Assembly: GCA_044070495.1 (NCBI GenBank)
Contig: JBIPSI010000012.1
Coordinates: 64,001 to 128,000, forward strand
Origin: Spirulina sp.
Lineage (GTDB): Bacteria; Cyanobacteriota; Cyanobacteriia; Phormidesmidales; Phormidesmidaceae
Length of the DNA: 64,000 bases
Direction of reading: 5' to 3'
Below the pieces are notes generated by a model. The model had not been told where the DNA came from, searched no databases, and saw only the letters and a list, made by a program, of their open reading frames with translations. Position 1 is the stretch's first letter. Every line of letters begins with the position of its first letter. This document shows positions 20,573 through 29,368 of this stretch, piece after piece. A program made the position numbers and the translations under genes.

Positions 20573-21841
20573 ATGATGAAGATCCTCCACATCATCCCTT
20601 CCCTGTCCCCCGTCCGGGGTGGCCCCAGCCAGGCCCTATTAGAAATGGTGCAAGCCCAACGCCAGCAGGGCATGGATGCCGTCATCGCCACCACTAACGA
20701 CCACGGAGACACCACCTTCTCAGCCCCCTTTGGGCAGCGCATCGACAGCGGATCGATTCCTGAACTGGTCGGCCCCTCCGTTCCCGTCTGGGTTTTCCCA
20801 AGGGTGCTGTTCCAGCGGGCGGCCCTGCGAGAATTTGCCATCGCCCCGGCCCTGGCCCCTTGGCTGTGGCGGCATGTCCCAGAGTTTGACCTGGTTCACA
20901 TCCACGCGATTTTTAACTATCCCACCACGATGGCGATGGCCGTGGCTAAGGCGAGGGGCGTGCCCTACGTCGTGCGTCCCATCGGTTCCCTGTGCCGCTG
21001 GTCGTTGGAGCAGAGCCGCACGAAAAAACAGCTCTACCTAAACACGGTGGGTCGCAGATTGCTAGAGAACAGCGATGCCCTCCATTTCACTACCGTCCAA
21101 GAACAACAAGAGGCCTTGGAAGCTGGGTTCAGCGGGTCGAACTTTATTCTGCCCCATGGGGTGCAGGTGCCCACCGTTTTAAGCCATGCCCGTCAACAAT
21201 TGCAGGCCGAATTACAGATTCCCGCTGATCACCACATTCTGCTGTTTCTCTCGCGGCTGCATCCCAAAAAAGGAATTGAGCATTTAATCGATGCCCTAGC
21301 CAATTTACCGGAGGAAAATTTTACCCTGGTGATTGCAGGCAGTGGCGATTCTAGTTACGAAATAGCGATTAACCAGCGCATCCGAATGGCCGGATTGAGC
21401 GAGAAAATCCGACAAATTGGCTTCGTCAGCGGTGAATGGAAAAACCTCCTGCTCCAAGGATCTGACCTGTTTGTGCTGCCCTCCTACTCAGAGAATTTAG
21501 GGATTGCCGTGCTAGAAGCCATGGCCGCCGGATTGCCCGTCATTACAACGCCGGAGGTGGCCATTTCACCCTTGATCCAAACCCACCAAACGGGCCTAGT
21601 GACCACCGCTCATCCCCCCGCCTTGGCGGGGGCAATTCAGCACTATCTATACCATTCCGACCTCGCTGACAGGGATGGCAAAAACGGTCGCACCCTGGTG
21701 GAAACCCAATTTAGCTGGCCAACCCAGGCCGCAAGGTTGATGGAGCAATACGCTCGTTTAATCCACCAGAAAACCGATGCATCCCCAGTTTCAAATAGCC
21801 CGGAACCATCCCAAATTCCTGATGGCCTGACACATCCCTAA
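20573..21841 (+). CDS. Glycosyltransferase family 4
   Basis: MKILHIIPS...GGP, SRLHPKKG, ENLGIAVLEAMA. Confidence 0.92.
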   Translation: MMKILHIIPSLSPVRGGPSQALLEMVQAQRQQGMDAVIATTNDHGDTTFSAPFGQRIDSGSIPELVGPSVPVWVFPRVLFQRAALREFAIAPALAPWLWRHVPEFDLVHIHAIFNYPTTMAMAVAKARGVPYVVRPIGSLCRWSLEQSRTKKQLYLNTVGRRLLENSDALHFTTVQEQQEALEAGFSGSNFILPHGVQVPTVLSHARQQLQAELQIPADHHILLFLSRLHPKKGIEHLIDALANLPEENFTLVIAGSGDSSYEIAINQRIRMAGLSEKIRQIGFVSGEWKNLLLQGSDLFVLPSYSENLGIAVLEAMAAGLPVITTPEVAISPLIQTHQTGLVTTAHPPALAGAIQHYLYHSDLADRDGKNGRTLVETQFSWPTQAARLMEQYARLIHQKTDASPVSNSPEPSQIPDGLTHP

Positions 21842-21842
21842 C

Positions 21843-21927
21843 GTAGGTTGGGTGCAGCGGAGCGGAACCCAACACCCGCCAGAGGTTTCAGGCTGGTTGG
21901 GTTCTGCTATCGAGTCACCCAACCTAC
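21843..21927. repeat. 85-bp paired inverted REP element (GTAGGTTGGGTG...CACCCAACCTAC)
   Basis: Terminal inverted repeats; similar copy at 22965-23049. Confidence 0.85.
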
Positions 21928-21964
21928 TGACTAGCCATTACACCCGACTACCCACCCAAAACCT

Positions 21965-22768
21965 ATGCAAACTCTCACCCTGTCTACCCAAGCCGCTAAC
22001 CCCATGCTGGCCTCTATTACGCCAGTGATTTTGACCTACAACGAGGCCGACAACATTAGCCGCACCCTGCAACGGTTAACCTGGGCCAATCGCATTGTGG
22101 TGGTAGACAGTTTCAGCACCGACGAAACCCTGGATATTCTAGAGAACTATCCCCAAGTAGACTTGTATCAGCGCCCCTTTGATACCCATGCGAATCAGTG
22201 GAACTATGGGCTATCTTTAGTCGCAACTCCCTGGGTACTCTCCTTAGATGCCGACTATGGTTTGAGTGACGAATTGACCGATGAATTGACCTCCCTTGAC
22301 TCAGAAAGTGAGGTGGATTGCTACAGAATTCCCTTTCAATACTGTGTCTTTGGCAAGCCCCTAAGGGGAAACATTCTGCCGCCAAGAGCGGCCCTATTTC
22401 GCCGGGATAAAGCCACCTACATTGACGATGGCCATACCCAGTTGTTGCAGTGCTGGGGCAAGGCCGCTACCCTCAAAAGTTCTATTCTACATGATGATCG
22501 CAAGCCTCTAAGTCGCTGGCTTTGGGCACAGGATCGCTATGCTCGGTTGGAAGTTCAAAAGCAATTCAATATCCCCCTAAAGGAATTGGGATGGAGTGAT
22601 CGTATCCGTCGCGTTCCTGGTCTGTCTGCCCCCATTATTTTGGTCTATTGTTTGATCCTAAAAGGGGGAATTCTCGATGGCTGGGCCGGATGGTACTACG
22701 CCTTTCAGCGGGTGGTGGCGGAGTTAATTCTTTCCCTGCGGTTGATCGAGGCTAAATTATACGATTAG
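21965..22768 (+). CDS. Glycosyltransferase family 2
   Basis: ILTYNE, VVDSFSTD, LSLDADY. Confidence 0.9.
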   Translation: MQTLTLSTQAANPMLASITPVILTYNEADNISRTLQRLTWANRIVVVDSFSTDETLDILENYPQVDLYQRPFDTHANQWNYGLSLVATPWVLSLDADYGLSDELTDELTSLDSESEVDCYRIPFQYCVFGKPLRGNILPPRAALFRRDKATYIDDGHTQLLQCWGKAATLKSSILHDDRKPLSRWLWAQDRYARLEVQKQFNIPLKELGWSDRIRRVPGLSAPIILVYCLILKGGILDGWAGWYYAFQRVVAELILSLRLIEAKLYD

Positions 22769-22964
22769 CCTACTCTTTTATAGCGAGCTTCACTTGGATG
22801 AAGTTGATTGTGATGATCCCCCCTGCCCCCCTTATCAAGGGGGGTAAAGCGTAAAACCTAGACCGCTAGGTACCTGATTGCCTGACACATCTTCAAAGTA
22901 GCAATGCACCACCCAGAGCCTTGGCCAGAGAAATCAGATCCAGCGTTTTAGATCTGATGCGCTA

Positions 22965-23049
22965 GTAGGTTGGGTGCAGCGAAGCGGAACCCAACACTCG
23001 CCGAGAATTTTGGGCTGGTTGGGTTCTGCTATCGCGCCACCCAACCTAC
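22965..23049. repeat. 85-bp paired inverted REP element, second copy
   Basis: Same length and orientation as 21843-21927. Confidence 0.85.
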
Positions 23050-23095
23050 GAGAAGTCATTGATATCTCATTTTTGCGATGTCATGCTGCTACGTT

Positions 23096-23575
23096 CTAAT
23101 GCTGAACCTTAGCTAATTTGAAATCTCGCTTGCCATCGAGTTGAGCTTGCAGTTCGTGAATGGTTTGCTGAGCGACGAGTAAGTTTTGGGTGAGGAAGTG
23201 GGTTTGCAACACCCGCCGCACCCGCTGACGCAGCACCGCCCAGTGGATCGGTTTGGTGACGTAATCTACCGCGCCTACGGCAAAGGCCCGTTCTACGGAG
23301 GGATTGTCTGACAGGGCCGTAATCATCAGGACGGGGGGGCAGTGGTCGCCAAAGGTGGTGTGTAGGGTCTCGCAGCAGGTGAAGCCATCCATCTCCGGCA
23401 TGAGGGCATCCATCAAGATCAGGTCGGGTAGGTGTTGCTCGCAGAAGCTGAGGCAGGCTTTGCCGTTGCTGGCGGTTTCGACTTGGTAGCCTTCGACGGT
23501 GATGGCGTGGGTGAGTAGGCGGCGCAGGTTACGCTCGTCGTCCACAATTAGAACCGTAGGTTGGGGAAGGGGCAT
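23096..23575 (-). CDS. Single-domain response regulator with short C-terminal helix
   Basis: VLIVDD, LMDALMPEMDG, MITA, DYVTKP. Confidence 0.93.
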   Translation of the reverse strand: MPLPQPTVLIVDDERNLRRLLTHAITVEGYQVETASNGKACLSFCEQHLPDLILMDALMPEMDGFTCCETLHTTFGDHCPPVLMITALSDNPSVERAFAVGAVDYVTKPIHWAVLRQRVRRVLQTHFLTQNLLVAQQTIHELQAQLDGKRDFKLAKVQH

Positions 23576-23592
23576 GGTAAGGAAGGGTCATG

Positions 23593-26562
23593 TTACAGGA
23601 AGGATAGAGCGGTCACTTCGGACTGTAGGGCCACCATGACCTCGGCGTAGAGGTGCTCGATTTCAGCCAGGGTAGTTCTCTGGTCGTCGGGCGACATCTG
23701 ACTATGACGCAGTTCCAAACCCTGGCAAAGGTTCCCTAGGGAAAGCGCCCCCAGGTTCAAACTCATCGACCGCAGGGCGTGGGCCTGGTGGCGGATCTGG
23801 CTACCCTCCTGGTCTTGAATCGCCTGGTGGAGTTGTTGAAGGCAGCGGGCGGCATCTTCTTGATAGTTGGCGATTAACTCGGCCAGCAGGATGTCGGCCT
23901 CCTCGCCCGCCATGGCGCGAATGCTGTTGATCATCTCCCGATCCAGCAGCGGTTGATCGGGGTTGGGGGCAGATGGATCGGGTTGGTCAGCGGTAGGCCA
24001 CGAAAACTGAGCCATGGCATCCGGGTGGTAGATCCGTCCGTAGCGCACCAGACCATCCGTCAGGGATTGCAGCAGAATCGGCTTGCTGAGAAAGTCGTTC
24101 ATCCCCGCTTGCAAAGACCGCTGGCGATCCTGCTGGTTAGAGTGGGCCGTCATGGCCACAATCCAGGGACGTTCGGGCGTAACGGCAGGCAGGTGGCGAA
24201 TCAGCTCGGTGGTTTCGTAGCCATCCATCCCCGGCATTTGCACATCCATCAGCACCAAGTCGTAGGAAACCTGCTGCACCCGGTCGAAGGCCGATAGGCC
24301 GTCGCTGACACAGTCTGGCTCATACCCCAGCCGTTGCAGCATTTTGACGGCAACTTTCTGGTTTACGGCCAGGTCATCGACCACCAGAATCGCCAGCGGC
24401 AACGCATCTCCCAGGCGTCGGGCGCATTCTGGGTGGCTATCCGCCGGGGTAGAGGTCTCGGCCTCAACGGGTTTGGCCGCATCGGGGTGGTGGGGAGAGA
24501 GCAGCAGCGGAGCCTGAATGGTGAAGTGGAAGGTGGTGCCCACGCCCGGTTGAGTCTGGAATCCGATGGTGCCCCCCATGGCTTCTACGAGCTTTTTGCA
24601 GATCGCTAACCCCAACCCCGTGCCGCCGAAGCGCCGGTTGACGGAAGTATCCAGTTGGCAAAAGGCTTTGAACAATCCACCACAGTGTTCCTCAGGAATG
24701 CCTACGCCCGTATCTTGAACGGCAAAGTAAATTTCAACGGTATGCTCAAGGGCTGTAGCGTCGTTTTGAACGGCTACGTCGATAATGACGCGACCTTTTT
24801 GGGTAAATTTCACCCCGTTGCTGACCAGGTTAATCAGCACCTGCCGCAATCGGGTCACATCGCCAATGATGCGGCGGGGAACGTCGGGGGCGATGTGCGC
24901 CCGCAGTTCCAGTCCCTTCTCTTCCGCCAGGGACATCATCATATGCACCACATCCTGCACACAGCGATGCAGGTCAAAGCCCCGCCGCTCTAGTTCTAGC
25001 TTGTCGGCCTCAATTTTCGAGAAGTCTAGAATGTCGTTAATCAGTGCTAGCAGCATCGATCCGCTGTTGTGGATGGTATCGACAAAATCCTGCTGTTCGT
25101 CATCCAGGCGGGTGAGGCGCAGCAGATCGGTGAGGCCGATGATAGCATTGAGGGGGGTGCGAATTTCGTGGCTCATGGTGGCTAAAAAGTTTGATTTAGC
25201 CCGGTTTGCCGCTTCAGTAGACCGGATTGCCTGCTCTAGCTGTTGCTGCACCCGTTTGCGCTCGGTAATGTCGCGATACTGCCAGAGATGCCCCTGATAG
25301 TCGTTGTCAATGAAGATGGGAATGTAGTCTCGCTCCAGGGTGCGACCATCAATCAACTGAATTTCCTGGCCGATCAGGGGTTGGCGGATCTGGAGAATCT
25401 GTTGAATGTCTTCAATAACAGTCTGGGGATCCTGGAATAGGGCCGCCGCCTGCCGCAGCAGACTTTCACAATCGGGGCCCCGCAGGGCTTCGGGGGAAAG
25501 GGGCAGCCGAAAGATATCGCAAAAGGTCTGGTTGGCCAGCAAAATCCGACGGGTTTCGTCCTCTACTAAAATGCCAGATTCCAGGTTTTGAATCAGGGTG
25601 GTCAGGCGAGATGTGGTCTTTCTCAGTTGCAGTTCCGTCTGCTTTTGTTCGGTGATGTCCCGCACCAGCCCCAGGCACCCCAATACGTTGCCCGATGGAT
25701 CGGTCAGCGGGCTATAGCGGGCTTCAAACACCCCCTTCTGCCCGCTTTCGGGTACGGTAAAGGCTCGATTTTGGGCCACGACAGAATGCCCCGCCATGGC
25801 CATGGCCATCAGCTTGTCTTCGCCCTTGTCTTTCAGGAAGGGAAACACCTCCCAAGCCACCTGGCCGATCACCTCTTTGTGAGATAGGCCAGACATCTTT
25901 TCCATTGGCCCATTCCAGACCTGATAGCGAAAGTTGGTATCTAGGGCAATAATGCCATCCACCGCACTCTCAATCAGCCGGTCAGAAAATTGCCGCAGTT
26001 GCACCTGGTGAATGGCGTGGAACAGGTGTTGGGCCAACTGCCGCAAAAACGACAGTTCTAGCGGGCTCCAGTGGCGAGAATGGCTCTGCTGTGCCACCAA
26101 GAACCCCCATACCTCAAGGGTGGAGGGGATAGTATCCTGCCATTGTGAGGGCTTTTGCCAATCTAGGCTGAGGTAGATAGGAACGAGCACACTGGCCTGA
26201 ATGCCTAGGGCCGAGAGCATGGTCTGCTCGCAGGGGGTCAGATCGGCCTTAGTCAGATCATCAATGGCCCTAGGCGTTTGCAGGGTTGCCTCCGCCAACC
26301 AGCGCTGTAGGCACTGGGAAAAATCAACGGAATTGTCCGGCAAGGGGGGCAAGATAGCCTTGGTCTGCACAGCCGCTGCCTGAGCCTGACCAGAGGCATC
26401 CATCTGGTAAATGACGACCCGGTCAGTTCCCAGCAGCTTTTGGACATCATCCACGGTGTTTTGCAGAATTTCCTTCAGGCTATCGGCCTGGTACAACCGT
26501 AGGGCCGTCGCAGAAACAAAATCCAAAAAGTGGGGCGCACCACTGGGGCTAGGCAGACTCAT
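23593..26562 (-). CDS. Hybrid histidine kinase GAF-PAS-PAS-HisKA-HATPase-REC-Hpt
   Basis: H-box MSHEIRTPLN, NLVSNGVKFT, DTGVGI, GGTGLGL, LMDVQMP, Hpt AHALRSMS; start MSLPS at 26562. Confidence 0.92.
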   Translation of the reverse strand: MSLPSPSGAPHFLDFVSATALRLYQADSLKEILQNTVDDVQKLLGTDRVVIYQMDASGQAQAAAVQTKAILPPLPDNSVDFSQCLQRWLAEATLQTPRAIDDLTKADLTPCEQTMLSALGIQASVLVPIYLSLDWQKPSQWQDTIPSTLEVWGFLVAQQSHSRHWSPLELSFLRQLAQHLFHAIHQVQLRQFSDRLIESAVDGIIALDTNFRYQVWNGPMEKMSGLSHKEVIGQVAWEVFPFLKDKGEDKLMAMAMAGHSVVAQNRAFTVPESGQKGVFEARYSPLTDPSGNVLGCLGLVRDITEQKQTELQLRKTTSRLTTLIQNLESGILVEDETRRILLANQTFCDIFRLPLSPEALRGPDCESLLRQAAALFQDPQTVIEDIQQILQIRQPLIGQEIQLIDGRTLERDYIPIFIDNDYQGHLWQYRDITERKRVQQQLEQAIRSTEAANRAKSNFLATMSHEIRTPLNAIIGLTDLLRLTRLDDEQQDFVDTIHNSGSMLLALINDILDFSKIEADKLELERRGFDLHRCVQDVVHMMMSLAEEKGLELRAHIAPDVPRRIIGDVTRLRQVLINLVSNGVKFTQKGRVIIDVAVQNDATALEHTVEIYFAVQDTGVGIPEEHCGGLFKAFCQLDTSVNRRFGGTGLGLAICKKLVEAMGGTIGFQTQPGVGTTFHFTIQAPLLLSPHHPDAAKPVEAETSTPADSHPECARRLGDALPLAILVVDDLAVNQKVAVKMLQRLGYEPDCVSDGLSAFDRVQQVSYDLVLMDVQMPGMDGYETTELIRHLPAVTPERPWIVAMTAHSNQQDRQRSLQAGMNDFLSKPILLQSLTDGLVRYGRIYHPDAMAQFSWPTADQPDPSAPNPDQPLLDREMINSIRAMAGEEADILLAELIANYQEDAARCLQQLHQAIQDQEGSQIRHQAHALRSMSLNLGALSLGNLCQGLELRHSQMSPDDQRTTLAEIEHLYAEVMVALQSEVTALSFL

Positions 26563-28864
26563 ACTGCACCTCTCGCACGAATAGGCATTGTTCAAGGGTT
26601 TGGATTCTGTCGGCGGTGAAGGATCGGTTGTGTCGCAAACTATCCACCAGCAGCCGCTGCATGTGGTAGTAGGTGCGCGTAGACTCGTCCGTAGACCCGC
26701 CCGTAGATCCATTCGTAGACCCGTCCGTAGACCCGTCCGTAGACCCATCACCCCAATCGCCACTCCAGCCGCGATAGCGGAACACGGCCTCCTGAAGACC
26801 TTGCCACCACGCCGCCCCCTCGGACTCGCACCAGGTCGCCAAGTCCCCCTGCTCTTCCAGCACATCCAGCAGTTGAGTCTGGAGTTGGCTCAGCGCATCT
26901 GCCAAATCCTGCCCCAGGGAAAATCGCTGGTGCAGATCCATGGCAAAGGCCAGGTCAAACCCCCGCTGCCCATCGGGAACCCTCAGCCAGTGCCGAGCCT
27001 GGTGCAGCAGGCGTATCAGGGCCTCATCTAGGGCGAGGCTGGGGGGCAAATCTACCGCCAGTCGGGCCTCTAAGGCGGTAGCTAGGTCGATTCCCTGCTC
27101 CAACCGCAGGCCCAGGTAAAATCCCCGCAGCGCCGCTGGATGATAGTCCTCGGCGATGGCTTCCGCCTGATCTTTGGCCCAACCTACCAGCGCCATCAAC
27201 CGGGGATGGGCTAGGACGTACTGCTGGCTTTGTCGCCAGAGGGCTTCCCACAGGGCGTCGGGTTGGGGCACCATTTCCACCGTGAGGAGGATCACCTCCC
27301 GCCAGCGGGCATCGGCAACGTGGCTGGCCAGGTCGGCCCAGTCCTCGGCCCCGGTTCTTTGCAGCGCCGTTAAGGCCCATCGGCGGGCGGTGAGGAATTC
27401 CTGAAAGCTGAGGTGGGCAAAGGCATAGCTGCCCAATTCCCGCTCCGTCAACATCCCGTAGTGTTCAATCAACACTTGCAGCATGGCTTTGCTGTCGGCC
27501 CACAGCCGCTCTAGGGTATCGCCCTGGGCACCCCGATTCACCAGGCTTTTGGCAATCAGACCCAGCAGTTCCGCCTCTTCTAGCACCACCCGGCCCTGCT
27601 CAAAGCTGTGGGCCGCAACGTCGGCCAAAACTCCGGTCAAATCTAGGGGAGATAGGTGTCGTAGGGGGTGGCTGCGATGGATGCCCCGCTGCTGATCCCA
27701 CTGCCCCAGCAGCAAATCTAGCGCCTGCTGGTACAGTTTGCTGCGCTGCTCTGGAAACTGGCCAAACCGCTGAAAAACCAGACACATCAAATGCAGCAGG
27801 ATGGGGGTGAGGGCCATTTCCCGCAGGCGGTCGTTCTCTGGGTGGTTGAGGGTTTGCAAGCAGGTTTGGGCAAACCATTCTCCCTGGATGGGCTGGCTGG
27901 CCGCAAACCACTTATAGACAAAGGCCTCGACCTGTTGGGGGGCAAATTCCGTCAGTTCCAGGGTGACTAAGCCATTAAGCTGGGGCAGAGGCCCACCGCT
28001 GCGCCCAGATATCAGCACCCGCAGGCCGGGGTAGGTATCCAATAGGGCCTGGATTTGCTGCGTTACGGCCCGATGCTGCTCTATGGGAAGTTCGTCCCAG
28101 CCATCCAGCAAGAGCCAGATCCGGCCCTGCTGCCACAGATGATCCACTTGCGATGGGCTTAACCCACTGGCTAACCAGCGCTGGTTGAGGTACTGCTGCA
28201 CAGGGATGTCCGTCTCAGACACCAGGGCCAACTGACGTAGGCGCAGAAAAACGGGCAGGTAAGCCATCCCGTCGCCCCGCCAGCCATCGGCGCTGATTTC
28301 CAAAACCAGATGCTGCAACAGGGTGGTTTTACCCGCCCCCGGCCCCCCCACGATCAACACCCGCGAGTGGGGCTGTATGGCTTCGGTAGCGGGTGTTTTG
28401 GCGAGGCTAGCCGCTGCTCCAAACCGTTGGTGGGGCCGTAAATAGGCTTCTGTGTAGAGTTGGGCCAGGGTGATGGGCTGGTGCAGATCGAGGGGGATCT
28501 CCAGCAGGTGGCACTGGGATTGGGCCAGGGTGATCAGGTGCAACCGCGCCTCGGCTAAATCACCCGCTGGGTTCTCGGCGGTCGAGGCAACGGCAGCCTG
28601 GGATTCCTCCGCCACCAGATCCGGCGTATCTGCAACAAAGGCGGATCGGTCAACAATATCTTCCCAATCCAGATCCAGGGTGAAACAGATATCGATAAAA
28701 ATGTGGCGTTCTACCGGACGCCCAGAAAAAAATTTCCACACCGACTGACGGGTTTGCAAACCCACCTCAGCCGCCAAATATTCCTGGGTCCATCCTCGCA
28801 AGTCAAAGGCTCGCTTGGCCCTAATGATGCCGTCTTGAGATGCCTTGAACGACCGTTTCGCCAT
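26549..28864 (-). CDS. NACHT (STAND) NTPase with N-terminal HTH
   Basis: WTQEYLAAEVG..RQSVWKFF HTH; Walker A GGPGAGKTT; Walker B LLLDGWDE; TPILL; YAFAHLSFQEFL; WREV. Confidence 0.9.
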   Translation of the reverse strand: MAKRSFKASQDGIIRAKRAFDLRGWTQEYLAAEVGLQTRQSVWKFFSGRPVERHIFIDICFTLDLDWEDIVDRSAFVADTPDLVAEESQAAVASTAENPAGDLAEARLHLITLAQSQCHLLEIPLDLHQPITLAQLYTEAYLRPHQRFGAAASLAKTPATEAIQPHSRVLIVGGPGAGKTTLLQHLVLEISADGWRGDGMAYLPVFLRLRQLALVSETDIPVQQYLNQRWLASGLSPSQVDHLWQQGRIWLLLDGWDELPIEQHRAVTQQIQALLDTYPGLRVLISGRSGGPLPQLNGLVTLELTEFAPQQVEAFVYKWFAASQPIQGEWFAQTCLQTLNHPENDRLREMALTPILLHLMCLVFQRFGQFPEQRSKLYQQALDLLLGQWDQQRGIHRSHPLRHLSPLDLTGVLADVAAHSFEQGRVVLEEAELLGLIAKSLVNRGAQGDTLERLWADSKAMLQVLIEHYGMLTERELGSYAFAHLSFQEFLTARRWALTALQRTGAEDWADLASHVADARWREVILLTVEMVPQPDALWEALWRQSQQYVLAHPRLMALVGWAKDQAEAIAEDYHPAALRGFYLGLRLEQGIDLATALEARLAVDLPPSLALDEALIRLLHQARHWLRVPDGQRGFDLAFAMDLHQRFSLGQDLADALSQLQTQLLDVLEEQGDLATWCESEGAAWWQGLQEAVFRYRGWSGDWGDGSTDGSTDGSTNGSTGGSTDESTRTYYHMQRLLVDSLRHNRSFTADRIQTLEQCLFVREVQYESA
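26678..26746. repeat. 12-bp in-frame tandem repeat encoding (D/N/G)GST in the NACHT C-terminus
   Basis: GTAGACCCGTCC-like units; peptide DGSTDGSTDGSTNGSTGGSTDEST. Confidence 0.85.
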
Positions 28865-28948
28865 GGTTTTTCCGGATATACAGCACTTCCCACTTCAGCA
28901 AAGGACACACCAGGGGATTAGTGCCCTTCGATAGACCGCCAACCACCC

Positions 28949-29055
28949 TATAGCGCTGCTCTGTCTAATGAGGTACATCCTTGTGGGGGCAAATGGCTTG
29001 ATGACAAGGGGCATGATCCCCTTGCCTGTACCTCACGGGCGTGAGAGGCGCTGTA
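28949..29055. mobile_element. MITE-like element upstream of the NACHT gene
   Basis: Imperfect inverted ends TATAGCGC...TGAGGTACA / TGTACCTCA...GCGCTGTA with internal hairpin CAAGGGG-CATGAT-CCCCTTG. Confidence 0.65.
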
Positions 29056-29368
29056 TCTTGAGTTCGTAGCAAGTAATTGCTTTCTAAACCACTTTTCTAA
29101 GCACCATCCTCCAGAACCGGAAATAAACCAAGAAGACAGACAAAAATCAGTATTTATGCCGTCATACTGAACCCGAGTCTATTTTTCCCTTGAGGCTTTA
29201 CGTAGGATCACGCAAGTATCATAGACATTTGACGGCATTTCCCAATCCATAGCGATACCTGGCAATCGCGATACCTGGAGAGGATACCAAAGCTTACTTG
29301 GCGACCCCCGTTCCCCAGGGATGCATTGCAGCGAATCAATTGGTATAAAATCGCCGTTTACGCCTAAT

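Noticed and set aside
26563..26865. N-terminal extension of the histidine kinase with LRTG repeats
   Set aside because: Alternative-frame read of the NACHT 3' end and its 12-bp repeat
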